DNA from: Myxococcota bacterium
Lineage (GTDB): Bacteria; Myxococcota_A; UBA9160; UBA4427
NCBI GenBank assembly: GCA_965250285.1
Contig: OZ252299.1
Location: forward strand, 2,880,001-2,944,000
DNA: 64,000 bases
Reading direction: 5' to 3'
Shown here: positions 29,223 through 40,074 of the stretch, piece after piece
How positions within the stretch are numbered: position 1 is the first letter of the stretch
Layout: each line of letters begins with the position of its first letter
Made by a program: the position numbers and the translations under genes
Notes under the pieces: generated by a model
Told to the model about the DNA's origin: nothing
Databases searched by the model: none
Seen by the model: the letters and a program-made list of their open reading frames with translations, nothing else

Positions 29223-30458
29223 ATGGCACGCATCAACGAAAACTATCAGAAGCTCCAGGCGGGGTACCTCTTCCCCGAGATCGGGCGCCGCGTATCGGCA
29301 TTCGCCGAGAAGAACCCCGACGCGTCGATCATCCGACTCGGGATCGGCGACGTGACCCTTCCGCTCGTTCCGGCGGTCGTCGAAGCGTTGCACGCCGCCG
29401 TCGACGAGATGGGAAGCGAGGCCGGCTTCCACGGCTACGGCCCGGAGAACGGGTACGACTTCCTCACGGACGCGATCGCCGAGACCGACTACCAGGCGCG
29501 CGGCGTCGACATCGCTCCCGGTGACATCTTCGTCTCGGACGGCTCGAAGCAGGACAGCGGCAACATCCAGGAGATCTTCGGAACCGATTGCACGATCTCG
29601 GTCACGGATCCTTCCTATCCGGTCTACGTCGACACGAATGTGATGGCCGGTCGCACCGGTGAGGCCGACCACTCGGGCAGCTACGCGGGCATCCTCTACC
29701 TGCCGGCGAACGAAGAGAACGGCTTCATGCCCGGCCCGCCGGACGAGCGCGTCGACATGGCCTACCTCTGCTCGCCGAACAACCCGACGGGCGCGGTCGC
29801 GACGAAGGCGAACCTCACGGATTGGGTCGAGTGGGCGCGCTCGAACGATGCGGTGATTCTGTTCGACGCCGCCTACGACGCGTTCATCCAGGATCCGGCC
29901 CTGCCCCGCTCGATCTTCGAGATCGAGGGCGCCCGCGAATGCGCAATCGAGATGCGCAGCTTCTCGAAGCGTGCCGGGTTCACCGGCATGCGGTGCGCCT
30001 ACACGGTGATCCCCGATGAGTGCACGGGGTCGACGGCGACCGGCGAGCGCGTGCCCTTCAAGCAGCTATGGGCCAGGCGCCACGCGACGAAGTTCAACTC
30101 GGTGCCGTACATCGTGCAGCGCGCGGCCGCGGCGACCCTCGTCGGCGAAGGCGCCAAGCAAACGGCCGAGCAGGTCGCCTACTACCAGGAGAATGCGCGG
30201 CGCATTCGAGAGGGCCTCTCGGCGGCGGGCTTCACCGTGTTCGCCGGTGAGCACGCCCCCTACATCTGGATGAAGACGCCCGAAGGGCTCTCGAGCTGGG
30301 ACTGCTTCGATCAGCTGCTCGAGCGCGCCCACGTCGTCGGCACGCCGGGCTCGGGCTTCGGGCCGTCGGGCGAGGGCTACTTCCGTATCTCGGCGTTCAA
30401 CAGCCACGCGAACGTCGACGAAGCCATCGAGCGCATCAAGAACGCGTTCAGCAGCTGA
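29223..30458 (+). CDS. dapL: LL-diaminopimelate aminotransferase
   Basis: [49 protein letters not shown] (PLP Lys), [12 protein letters not shown]. Confidence 0.95.
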   Translation: MARINENYQKLQAGYLFPEIGRRVSAFAEKNPDASIIRLGIGDVTLPLVPAVVEALHAAVDEMGSEAGFHGYGPENGYDFLTDAIAETDYQARGVDIAPGDIFVSDGSKQDSGNIQEIFGTDCTISVTDPSYPVYVDTNVMAGRTGEADHSGSYAGILYLPANEENGFMPGPPDERVDMAYLCSPNNPTGAVATKANLTDWVEWARSNDAVILFDAAYDAFIQDPALPRSIFEIEGARECAIEMRSFSKRAGFTGMRCAYTVIPDECTGSTATGERVPFKQLWARRHATKFNSVPYIVQRAAAATLVGEGAKQTAEQVAYYQENARRIREGLSAAGFTVFAGEHAPYIWMKTPEGLSSWDCFDQLLERAHVVGTPGSGFGPSGEGYFRISAFNSHANVDEAIERIKNAFSS

Positions 30459-30622
30459 ACCCGATGCGCAGCGTCGCAGGATCCGGGCGGGCCCGGTCGG
30501 CCGGGCGGCTGGCCGGGCCCGTCGAGCATCGGGGGGCCGCCCGCGGCCCCTCCCCTCGAGCGAACCCTCGACACCTGCTCGACCCAGGCGGCGGCCACGT
30601 ACGTCAGAGAGGCTCCGCTGCG

Positions 30623-31456
30623 ATGGGCGCAGGCCGACTTCGCCTCGCGGCGGCGCTGGCGGCGGCCTCGCTGCTGGTCGCGTGCCCGGGCCCGCGCGAC
30701 ATGCTCTTCCCCGCTCCGCCTCCGCGCGCGATCGAACCGCAACCGGGGGGGCGCGTGGTCGAGTTCGCGGTCGGCCCCGGCCGCACGGGCTACGCGCTCG
30801 ACCACCCTGCCGCGCCGGGTGCCCCCACCGTGGTCTTCTTCCATGGCAATGGGGATCAGATCGCACACCTGACCGGCCTGGCCGCAGCCATCGCTCGACG
30901 CGGTCTGGGGTTTCACGCCGTCGAGTATCCGGGCTACGGCCCCGCCGCCGACCAGGCCGTGAGTGAAGACGCGATCTACGCAACGGCCGAGGCGGCGTTG
31001 ACCCACCTGCGTGACCGCCTCGACGTCGACCCTGTGCGCACCGTTCTGATGGGCCAATCACTGGGGACGGGCGTCGCGGCCGAGATGGCGAATCGTGGCT
31101 TCGGCGCGCGCGTCATTCTGCTGTCGCCCTTCACGTCGATCCCCGACATGGTCGACCGGCTCTTCTCGGCACCGGCCGGCATCGTCGTGCGCGACGTCTT
31201 CGATACGCGCGCCAAGGCGCCCGACATCGATCAGCCGGTGCTGATCGCGCACGGAGATCTCGATGAGTTGATCCCCGTCGCGATGGCGCACGAGCTCGAT
31301 GCGATCTTCCCCTCGTCGGAGCTCGTCCTCATCGAGCGAGCGGGCCACAACGACGTGTGGCGCGTCGGCGGGCGAACATGGCTCGATCGATTCGAGGCGT
31401 TCGCACGCGGGGCGACGGTCATTCGGCCCGCGGATCCGCAGCCGAGCGAGACCTGA
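30623..31456 (+). CDS. Alpha/beta hydrolase lipoprotein (ABHD/BEM46-like)
   Basis: Lipobox LVAC; FFHGNG, EYPGYG, GQSLG, HGDLD, GHND. Confidence 0.85.
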   Translation: MGAGRLRLAAALAAASLLVACPGPRDMLFPAPPPRAIEPQPGGRVVEFAVGPGRTGYALDHPAAPGAPTVVFFHGNGDQIAHLTGLAAAIARRGLGFHAVEYPGYGPAADQAVSEDAIYATAEAALTHLRDRLDVDPVRTVLMGQSLGTGVAAEMANRGFGARVILLSPFTSIPDMVDRLFSAPAGIVVRDVFDTRAKAPDIDQPVLIAHGDLDELIPVAMAHELDAIFPSSELVLIERAGHNDVWRVGGRTWLDRFEAFARGATVIRPADPQPSET

Positions 31457-31544
31457 CCATCGTCGAGCGTGCGAGCACGACCCGCATCTTGCGCAGGTGC
31501 AACGAGAGCCCGCGATCGGGTCACCCCGTGATAGGATTCGACCC

Positions 31545-32414
31545 GTGACTCGACGACTCGACCCCACGGCACTCGTGAGATTCGCAGCGATCGGCGCGCT
31601 GCTCGCCATCGCGACATCCGCCGGGTTCGGCGCCGCCGAAGGGCCGTCCTCCGATCTCGGGCTGAGCCCCGAAGAGATCGAGAGCTACGGCGAGCGCGCC
31701 GAGTTCTTTGCAAAGATGCCGAGCTGGGTTCGACCCGACCTCGACTGGCGCGAGCATCTCTCACCCGAGCTGAGGGGAGAGCAGCCCGTCTGGTCCCAGG
31801 CGTACGAAGAGCTCATCATCCGAGACTTCTTCGGTGACAAGCGCGAGGGGGTCTTCGTCGACGTCGGCTGCCACCTGCCTCGCCACATGAGCACGACCTA
31901 TCTGCTCGAGAGCGAGTTCGGCTGGTCGGGCATCGGCATCGACGTCAACGACCAGTTCGCGCCCCACTGGAAGCGCCATCGGCCCCAAACCGCATTCGTA
32001 CAGACGGCGGTGGGCGAGACCGACGGCGAGGTGCTCGACATGCATGTTTCGAAGCATCTCTTCAGCTTCGACTAGGAGGTGGTCGAGGCCTTCTCTCAGG
32101 GGCGCGAGGTCAAGACGATTCAGGTCGAGACGTCCACTCTGAATTCGATCCTGGCCGAGCACGAGATCGAAGAGATCGATCTGCTGAAGATCGACATCGA
32201 GGGGGCCGAGATGGCGGCGCTGCGCGGGTTCGATCTCGATCGGTACGCGCCCGCGCTGCTCGTCATCGAGACCCCCCGAGACGGCCCGGTCGTCCCCTAC
32301 CTCGAGAGTCGGGGCTACGAGGTGATCGAGAAGTACCTCGCCGCCGACAAGATCAACGTCTACCTGCAGAAAAGCCAGCAAACCAAGGACGTGAGCTCGA
32401 AGACGGACGCGTAA
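31545..32414 (+). pseudogene. FkbM-family methyltransferase interrupted by an in-frame TAG at 32073-32075
   Basis: WSQAYEE, GVFVDVG, GWSGIGID upstream and TLNSIL, IDLLKIDIEGAE, GY downstream are in the same frame, separated by one TAG (…GAC TAG GAG GTG…). Confidence 0.8.
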
Positions 32415-32455
32415 AGCAGCGGCGTGACCTCGACGACGCTCCAGGCGCCGCTCGC

Positions 32456-32857
32456 CTAGTCCTTCGCCGTGGCGCGCCGGTAGTTCTCGGCCACCTTGGC
32501 CGGATCGAAGAAGCCCTCGTAGTCGAGGATGCGTCCGTCCGGCGAGAAGACGAAGGTCGAGATGCCGCGATAGACGTCGTCGGGCGAGGCGTCGATGTGG
32601 CGCTCGTTCCAGCCGATCGAGAAGCGATCGGCCTCGAGCACCCGCCACTCCTCGAGGTTGACGACGCGGGGCCAGTTCTTCGCGAACGCGCGGATCACCT
32701 CGCGCCCCTCGAGCGGCGCAGGCAGCGCCGAGTTCATGAACCGCCCTGCTTCGGCGAAGCAATCGACGAAGGCGTCCCAGTCGCCCCGATCCGTCGCCGA
32801 CCTGGTCCTCGCGATCGTGGCTTCGATCGCCTCGCGCGTCACCGAGCCTCCGGTCAT
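32456..32857 (-). CDS. SnoaL/NTF2-like protein
   Basis: GDWDAFVDCFAE, GREVIRAF, DGRI...YEGFFD; about 130 aa. Confidence 0.85.
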   Translation of the reverse strand: MTGGSVTREAIEATIARTRSATDRGDWDAFVDCFAEAGRFMNSALPAPLEGREVIRAFAKNWPRVVNLEEWRVLEADRFSIGWNERHIDASPDDVYRGISTFVFSPDGRILDYEGFFDPAKVAENYRRATAKD

Positions 32858-33042
32858 CGTACCCCCTTCGATCGCCGAACTCGCGGCGGATCGACCGAGC
32901 GACTCGACTCGCTCGCGGTCAGCGGCATCGGTCCGATGCCGGCCGGATCGGACGGTGCTGATTCAGCGCCCCCCGATCGGGCCAACGCGGCCGTTTCCCT
33001 CACAGGCCGTCGTGCGACCGGCGACCAGGCCCATGCGGGCGG

Positions 33043-34362
33043 CTAGAAGCCCTCTCGCATCTGGGCCAACCGCGTCTGGATCTGGCGAAGCAAGCCATGC
33101 CGGCGCGACCACAGGTGCCTCAGATTGGAGCGCGAGACGAGGTAGCGAGGCTTGAGGTAGAGCTCTGCATTGTAGAGCGCGAGCAGGATGCGATGGCGTG
33201 CCCAGTTCGACTCGCCCTTGCGCAGCACCACACGCGATGACACGCCCAGCGTCTGGACGCCGAACCGAAAGGCGAAGGCGAATTTCAGCGGTTGCGAGTG
33301 GACGACGAGGTCGGTGTCCTCTGTCGGGCCGATCGATTCGAAGCGTCTGGTAGCGAGCTCGAATCGCACGCTTTCTCCCAGGTCGGGTATGTACACCGTG
33401 ACGGGTGCCAGGCGGCGCAGTAGCAGCGCCGGGTACTTCTCTCGCAAGTCGGACGCGAGCTGCTCGAATGCGGTCCGAACGTCATCGAGCGAAACCGGCT
33501 CGACCGGATCGAAGTCGAAGTCATCGAGGGCCGCATAGGCAGCCTCGAAACGGCCGAGAGCGGGTTCGGAGTCATGGGGCACGCTCGAATCCCAGACGTC
33601 CCCCGGATACAGCACCGCCACGTCGAGGTCGCGGCACTTCAGCCGCTCGACGACGTCTCGCGGGCGGTTGGCAAAGGCGTTCATGTACTTGTTGTCGTCG
33701 CACGAGTAGATCATGAAGCTCGCGAAGGGGATGGTGACGCGCGCGCCGAGGTCAACATGGTTCTCGACGACGAGTTCGAGGTGCTTGTCGGCCATCTTCG
33801 CCAGGTGCGTTTCTCGATCTTCCAGACCGGCGTACCCAGCGGTCGAGAATTGATTGAGCACGACCGTCGCCTCGCCGAAGTCGGCGGTCATGATGCGCGC
33901 ATCGCCGCGACTCAACGTGGCGTCGTTCACGTTGACCGCAACGTCGCCCCCGCTGCGAATGCCGAGACATGAATCCATCTGTCCGACCTGATAGCAGTAC
34001 ACGTCGGTCTTCGGCGTCAGCGCGTGGACCCGGCGGTGGGGCAGCGCGACGAATCGCTTGAAGCCGAAGCCACGAAGCGCCTCGAAGACCTTGTCGGAGT
34101 TGTTCTGCTGGAACAGGACGGTGACCCGCTCCTTGAACGAATCGGGGAGCGAGCGCAGCGTCGGCACGTTGAAGTGGTCGGGGTGTTCGTGGGAGATCCA
34201 GAGGTAGTCGATCCGCTGCAGCATCGAGTCGTCGAAGGCCGGCGGCGGGTAGAGCGTCCAGGATTCGTTGAAGACCTTGCTCACGAGCCACGGATCGGAC
34301 CAGATGACCGCATCCTCGGCAAAGGTCAGCACGGAAGAGTGGGAAACCAGCTGAATCTGCAC
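33043..34362 (-). CDS. MBL-fold metallo-enzyme, CMP-Neu5Ac hydroxylase (CMAH)/UlaG-like
   Basis: HSS, DPWL..VFNESW, YLWISHEHPDHF (HxHxDH), DS, NVND, IPFAS; extended C-terminal domain. Confidence 0.75.
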   Translation of the reverse strand: MQIQLVSHSSVLTFAEDAVIWSDPWLVSKVFNESWTLYPPPAFDDSMLQRIDYLWISHEHPDHFNVPTLRSLPDSFKERVTVLFQQNNSDKVFEALRGFGFKRFVALPHRRVHALTPKTDVYCYQVGQMDSCLGIRSGGDVAVNVNDATLSRGDARIMTADFGEATVVLNQFSTAGYAGLEDRETHLAKMADKHLELVVENHVDLGARVTIPFASFMIYSCDDNKYMNAFANRPRDVVERLKCRDLDVAVLYPGDVWDSSVPHDSEPALGRFEAAYAALDDFDFDPVEPVSLDDVRTAFEQLASDLREKYPALLLRRLAPVTVYIPDLGESVRFELATRRFESIGPTEDTDLVVHSQPLKFAFAFRFGVQTLGVSSRVVLRKGESNWARHRILLALYNAELYLKPRYLVSRSNLRHLWSRRHGLLRQIQTRLAQMREGF

Positions 34363-34888
34363 GATGCCACCCCTTCACTTGGGCGAATCCATAGAGTTAG
34401 CACGCGGGCCGTCCTTCGCGGCAAACTTGATTGGCACGATCATGTGAAGCGTCGACCTGCGCCGTATGCACCTCGAAGCCGCCCCACCGGAGCGAGTCGG
34501 ACACCGCTCGGCGGGTTGAGCGACCAGCCCCGGGGGCCCGTCGATCTTGGAGCGGGCGCGATCGTGCGACTGGCATTGCGGGTGTCGCGTTCTGAAGCAG
34601 AACCGACGCAGGTCGTCGGGGGCACGGGCACATTGGTTCAGTCGCCTCGAACGCAGGCGCGCGTCCCGGAGATGGACGCCGTGGCGACCTGGATCCCCTT
34701 ATTGGCGAGTCGAGCGACGTGTCTTCGGGGGATGGACAGCGCCTGTCTGGGATGTGCGCCGGCCCCATCTGGTCGAATCGAGAGCCGACTTCGAGCTGCA
34801 AACGAGAAGAAGCGGAAGACTGAGCCCCACATCGAAGCGCGATACCACGGGGTTTCGGCGCGGCCTTGCACTTGACTGCTCAGGGTCG

Positions 34889-35237
34889 TCAGGCGTCGAT
34901 CCGCCGGTACTTGATCCGATGCGGCTGATCGGCATCCGCACCCTTCCGCCGCTTGTAGTCCTTCTCGTAGTCCTGGTAGTTGCCCTCGAACCATTCGACG
35001 TGGCTGTCGCCCTCGAAGGCGAGGATGTGGGTCGCGATGCGGTCGAGGAACCAGCGGTCGTGGGAGATCACGACGACATAGCCTGCGAAGTTGACCAGCG
35101 ATTCTTCGAGTGCACGGAGCGTGTCGACGTCGAGATCATCGGTCGACTCATCGAGCAAGATCGCATTGCCGCCGCTCTTGAGCAACTTGGCCAGGTGCAA
35201 TCGGTTGCGCTCAGCTCCGGAGAGTGAGCCCACGAGC
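34889..35237 (-). pseudogene. ettA: Duplicated, degenerate 3' fragment of ettA
   Basis: Gapless match to 36625-36973 (offset 1736 bp; about 43 mismatches in 349 bp by hand count); LSGGE->LSGAE and DEPTN->DESTD. Confidence 0.92.
34907..34993. repeat. 87-bp perfect direct repeat, copy 1 (copy 2 at 36643-36729)
   Basis: GTACTTGATCCGATGCGG...GCCCTCGAACCA identical in both copies; mismatches flank both sides. Confidence 0.9.
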
Positions 35238-35340
35238 AGTCGACGAACGCATCCGAGTCGCCGCGGTCGGTGGCATCGCGCGACTTCGCGATGGTCGCCT
35301 CGATCGCCTCGCGCGAGACCTCGTTCGGATCACCGGTCAT
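35235..35340 (-). pseudogene. 5' fragment of a second SnoaL-like gene fused to the ettA fragment
   Basis: [35 protein letters not shown] versus [33 protein letters not shown] of 32456..32857; truncated at about 35235. Confidence 0.88.
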
Positions 35341-35536
35341 GCCGTTCCTCTTTCGGGCCCGCCGATCCCGGCATGCAGCGAGCGTAGGCGATCAGGTCAC
35401 GCGGCTTTTCCAATGGCGCGTCCCTGCGGCGGACATGGACCGGCGAGCAGCCGATCGCGAGGCGGAGCGTCGGCCTTCGGTTGTCCGCGACGGCTAAAGC
35501 CATACAATCCTCGACCCCGGGCTGGAGGCCGACTTC

Positions 35537-36577
35537 ATGAATCGATCGAGCAGAGGAAGAAGATGGGCCACCACGGCCGCACGTCTCCTCATGGTCTGGC
35601 TCTCGATTGGGGCCGTGCTCGGTGTCTTCGAGATCGCCCTGCGAACGATGCCGGGCCTTCAGGAACTCGACTCCAGTACGCCCATCTACGTGCCCCGCCG
35701 GCTCTCGCGTGCCGATCGCGAGATCGACATGGCGCACCGCCGCCGAGCAGAACACCACCGCTACGGCTTCAACGACGTCGATCGATCCCTTTCGAAGACC
35801 CCGGGCACCTTCCGCGTCGTCGTACTGGGCGATTCATTCGTCTTCGGTGACGGTGTACCCGAGGACGTGCGATGGAGCCGGAAGCTCGAGGCTCGGCTCG
35901 GCGCGCAATATGAGAATGTCGAGGTCCTCCATTGGGGGCAGAACGGATGGGCGACCCTCGACCAGTTCCGATTTCTCGAAGCGCACGCTTCAGAGTGGTC
36001 GATCGACGCATTGCTCATCGGCTACGTCGAGAACGATCCCGATATGGAAGACTCGCTCCGGTGGTCGCTCCCGACGATGACGATTCTGAAGGGCCTCGGC
36101 TATCGACGGCTGTTCCCTGAGGCCTGCATCTGGCTGGAGGCTCACGTCGCGAGCGTGCTCGATCCGCTCCTCGGCTCGGGCTACCACGCCTGGCGTGAGC
36201 GGCTCTACGAACGAGAGAATCTCGAGAAATGGACCGAGCTACTCGGCCGTCTCGATACGCTGCTCGAGCGTGAGGGCATCCCCTACGTGTTCGTGACGAC
36301 GCCCCGAGATGGCCACCCCGACCAAACGCACATGTTCGAAGCGGCGGTGCGCAGCTTCGAGGTCGCCGGCAACCCGAACGTCGATCTCCTACCCGTGGTG
36401 CGAGCCGAGTTCGGCGAGGAGCGAGACCGTCGGCTCTGGGCCAACCCAGCCGACGGCCACCCAGGAGCGCTACTCACGGCGCTCTATGCGCGTGAATCGA
36501 TGGGTCTGATCTCGACACGATGCGAGAGCGAGGAAACGCGGCTGATCCGCTGCGACTTCAGCGCCGAATTGCGCTGA
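35537..36577 (+). CDS. SGNH/GDSL hydrolase family membrane-anchored protein
   Basis: N-terminal TM; VVVLGDSFVFG (block I), G.NG, END, DGHP (block V); GGAGG RBS. Confidence 0.85.
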   Translation: MNRSSRGRRWATTAARLLMVWLSIGAVLGVFEIALRTMPGLQELDSSTPIYVPRRLSRADREIDMAHRRRAEHHRYGFNDVDRSLSKTPGTFRVVVLGDSFVFGDGVPEDVRWSRKLEARLGAQYENVEVLHWGQNGWATLDQFRFLEAHASEWSIDALLIGYVENDPDMEDSLRWSLPTMTILKGLGYRRLFPEACIWLEAHVASVLDPLLGSGYHAWRERLYERENLEKWTELLGRLDTLLEREGIPYVFVTTPRDGHPDQTHMFEAAVRSFEVAGNPNVDLLPVVRAEFGEERDRRLWANPADGHPGALLTALYARESMGLISTRCESEETRLIRCDFSAELR

Positions 36578-36624
36578 GGGCTGCGCCGCGTCGCCGCCCC
36601 GTCCCGAACGGCCAGACGGCAAGG

Positions 36625-38301
<1,677 letters not shown>

Positions 38302-38412
38302 GCTGTCCTCGGTCGTTGCTCGATTGAATGAAGGCTTCGCCGTGTCGTCGGCGCGCGCATCGAGTGTACCGGGCGCTGCGGGCTTGGCGACGCCCGAACT
38401 CGTTCGGCAAGC

Positions 38413-40074
38413 GTGATAGACTCCGCCCGCCCCTCCGCAATCCGAAGTCCGACCTTGCTGCTGCCGTTGCCCAAGCTCGACATCATCGCGCCGTGTTCCG
38501 GATCGCCGCGCTGCGCAGCCCTGCGCCGATCGGCCAGCGCCGCCGCGGCCGTGCTCTGCTCGATCGCCGCGCTCGCCTGCTCGGACGACGACACCGATCG
38601 TGTCCTCGTGCTCGTGAACGGAGCGAGCCCGGTCTCGATCGCGATCGGAGAGGCGTATGCCGGCGCGCGCGGCCTCGACGAAGACCGAATCCTCTCGCTC
38701 GACCTGCCCACGCCCGACCCACTCCTCGGCGACGCGCGCCACGAACGCATCGACCAGGCCGGATTCGAGGCATCGATCGCCCAGCCTCTCCGCGCGTGGC
38801 TCACCGCGCACGACCCGGGCGGCGAGGTCGACATCCTCGTCACGACCAAGGGCGTCCCGCTGCTGATCGAGGCCGACGACGTGCCCGCACGAGATTGGGT
38901 CCGGCGTTACAGCGGCGCCTCGGTCGACGCCGAGCTCGCGGTGCTCGGTGGCCCGCTTGCTTTCGGCGCCGGTCTCTTCGGCACCTCGAACCCGTTCTTC
39001 GACTGGCCGGGCTCGTTCGACGACCACCGACAACGCGCGAGCGATACGCCGCTTCGTTTTCTGGTCGCACGGCTGACGTCCTTCCAGACCGCCGCGACCG
39101 CAGACGATCCCGTTCCGCGCGATCTGCGTGCCCTGATCGAGTCGGCCCGCGCCCCCGTCGAAGGTCGCGCGACCTGGCTCGTCGACCGCGATCCGAGCCT
39201 GCCCGCCGCGATGTCGGCGGGCAACCTGTTGCTGCTGGCGCCAACCGCCTCGACGCTCCGCGCCCAGGGCATCGACGTCCGCGACGACGACCAGCCCGAG
39301 TTCGTCGGCGGCGCCGCCGGGCTGCGCGGCTACGCATCCTGGGGCAGCAACGATGGCCACGAGCCGACCCGCCAGACCTACGGCGAACACGAGGGCGTGC
39401 CCTACCCCGGGCGCTTCGCGCCGCGGTCCATCGCGACCGATCTGGTGAGTACGAACGCCCGCACCTTCACGCATCCCGCCGCGTACGGTCAGTCGCTCGT
39501 CGCCGATCTCATCGCAGCGGGGGCGAGCGGCGCGACGGGACACGTCGCCGAGCCAACGCTCAGCGCCGTCGCCCGTCCCTATGTCTTGCTGCCGCGGTAC
39601 GCCGCCGGCGAGCTCGCCATCGAGGCGTACTTCAAGTCGCTGCCCTACCTGGGCTGGACCCACGTCTTCGTCGGCGACCCGCTCATGCGACTGCCCGAAG
39701 AAGCTCGCCACGCGATGACGTCGGATCGCGACGGCGATCAGGTCGGCGATGCAGACGACAACTGCCTGCATCTACCCAACGCCGACCAACGGGACACCGA
39801 CGAGGACGGATTCGGCAACGTGTGCGACGCCGACGTCGACGGCGATGGCCTGGTCACGACGTCGTTCGGACGCATCTTCCCATCGTCTTCGCGCGGCGAC
39901 GTCGAGTGGATCGCGCTCACCGCGCAGAACGGTCCCTACGATCCCGACCACGACCTCGATGGCGACGGCGTCGTCGACGAGCGCGACGTCGCGATCGCGC
40001 AGATCAGCCTCTTTCGGCCACCGGGCCCCTCTCTTCCAGGGGTTCGACGAGCGGTACCGGCAGACGGATCGTGA
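38413..40074 (+). CDS. TIGR03790-like exported protein with C-terminal TSP3/EF-hand-like Ca-binding repeats
   Basis: VLVLVN..S..I...[72 protein letters not shown]. True start probably downstream of 38413. Confidence 0.78.
   Translation: MIDSARPSAIRSPTLLLPLPKLDIIAPCSGSPRCAALRRSASAAAAVLCSIAALACSDDDTDRVLVLVNGASPVSIAIGEAYAGARGLDEDRILSLDLPTPDPLLGDARHERIDQAGFEASIAQPLRAWLTAHDPGGEVDILVTTKGVPLLIEADDVPARDWVRRYSGASVDAELAVLGGPLAFGAGLFGTSNPFFDWPGSFDDHRQRASDTPLRFLVARLTSFQTAATADDPVPRDLRALIESARAPVEGRATWLVDRDPSLPAAMSAGNLLLLAPTASTLRAQGIDVRDDDQPEFVGGAAGLRGYASWGSNDGHEPTRQTYGEHEGVPYPGRFAPRSIATDLVSTNARTFTHPAAYGQSLVADLIAAGASGATGHVAEPTLSAVARPYVLLPRYAAGELAIEAYFKSLPYLGWTHVFVGDPLMRLPEEARHAMTSDRDGDQVGDADDNCLHLPNADQRDTDEDGFGNVCDADVDGDGLVTTSFGRIFPSSSRGDVEWIALTAQNGPYDPDHDLDGDGVVDERDVAIAQISLFRPPGPSLPGVRRAVPADGS

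Noticed and set aside
32073..32075. Genome-wide TAG reassignment
   Set aside because: Multiple conserved genes end at TAG at their expected C-termini (acyl-CoA ligase, ettA, MBOAT).
34431..34447. Sigma54 promoter (TTGGCACG...)
   Set aside because: The -12 element is poor (TGTG rather than TTGC) and it points toward no plus-strand gene.
38302..39771. Apparent 1048-aa EttA with a long N-terminal extension
   Set aside because: The extension is the antisense shadow of the TIGR03790-like gene; a GTG with RBS at 38301 gives a normal-length EttA.
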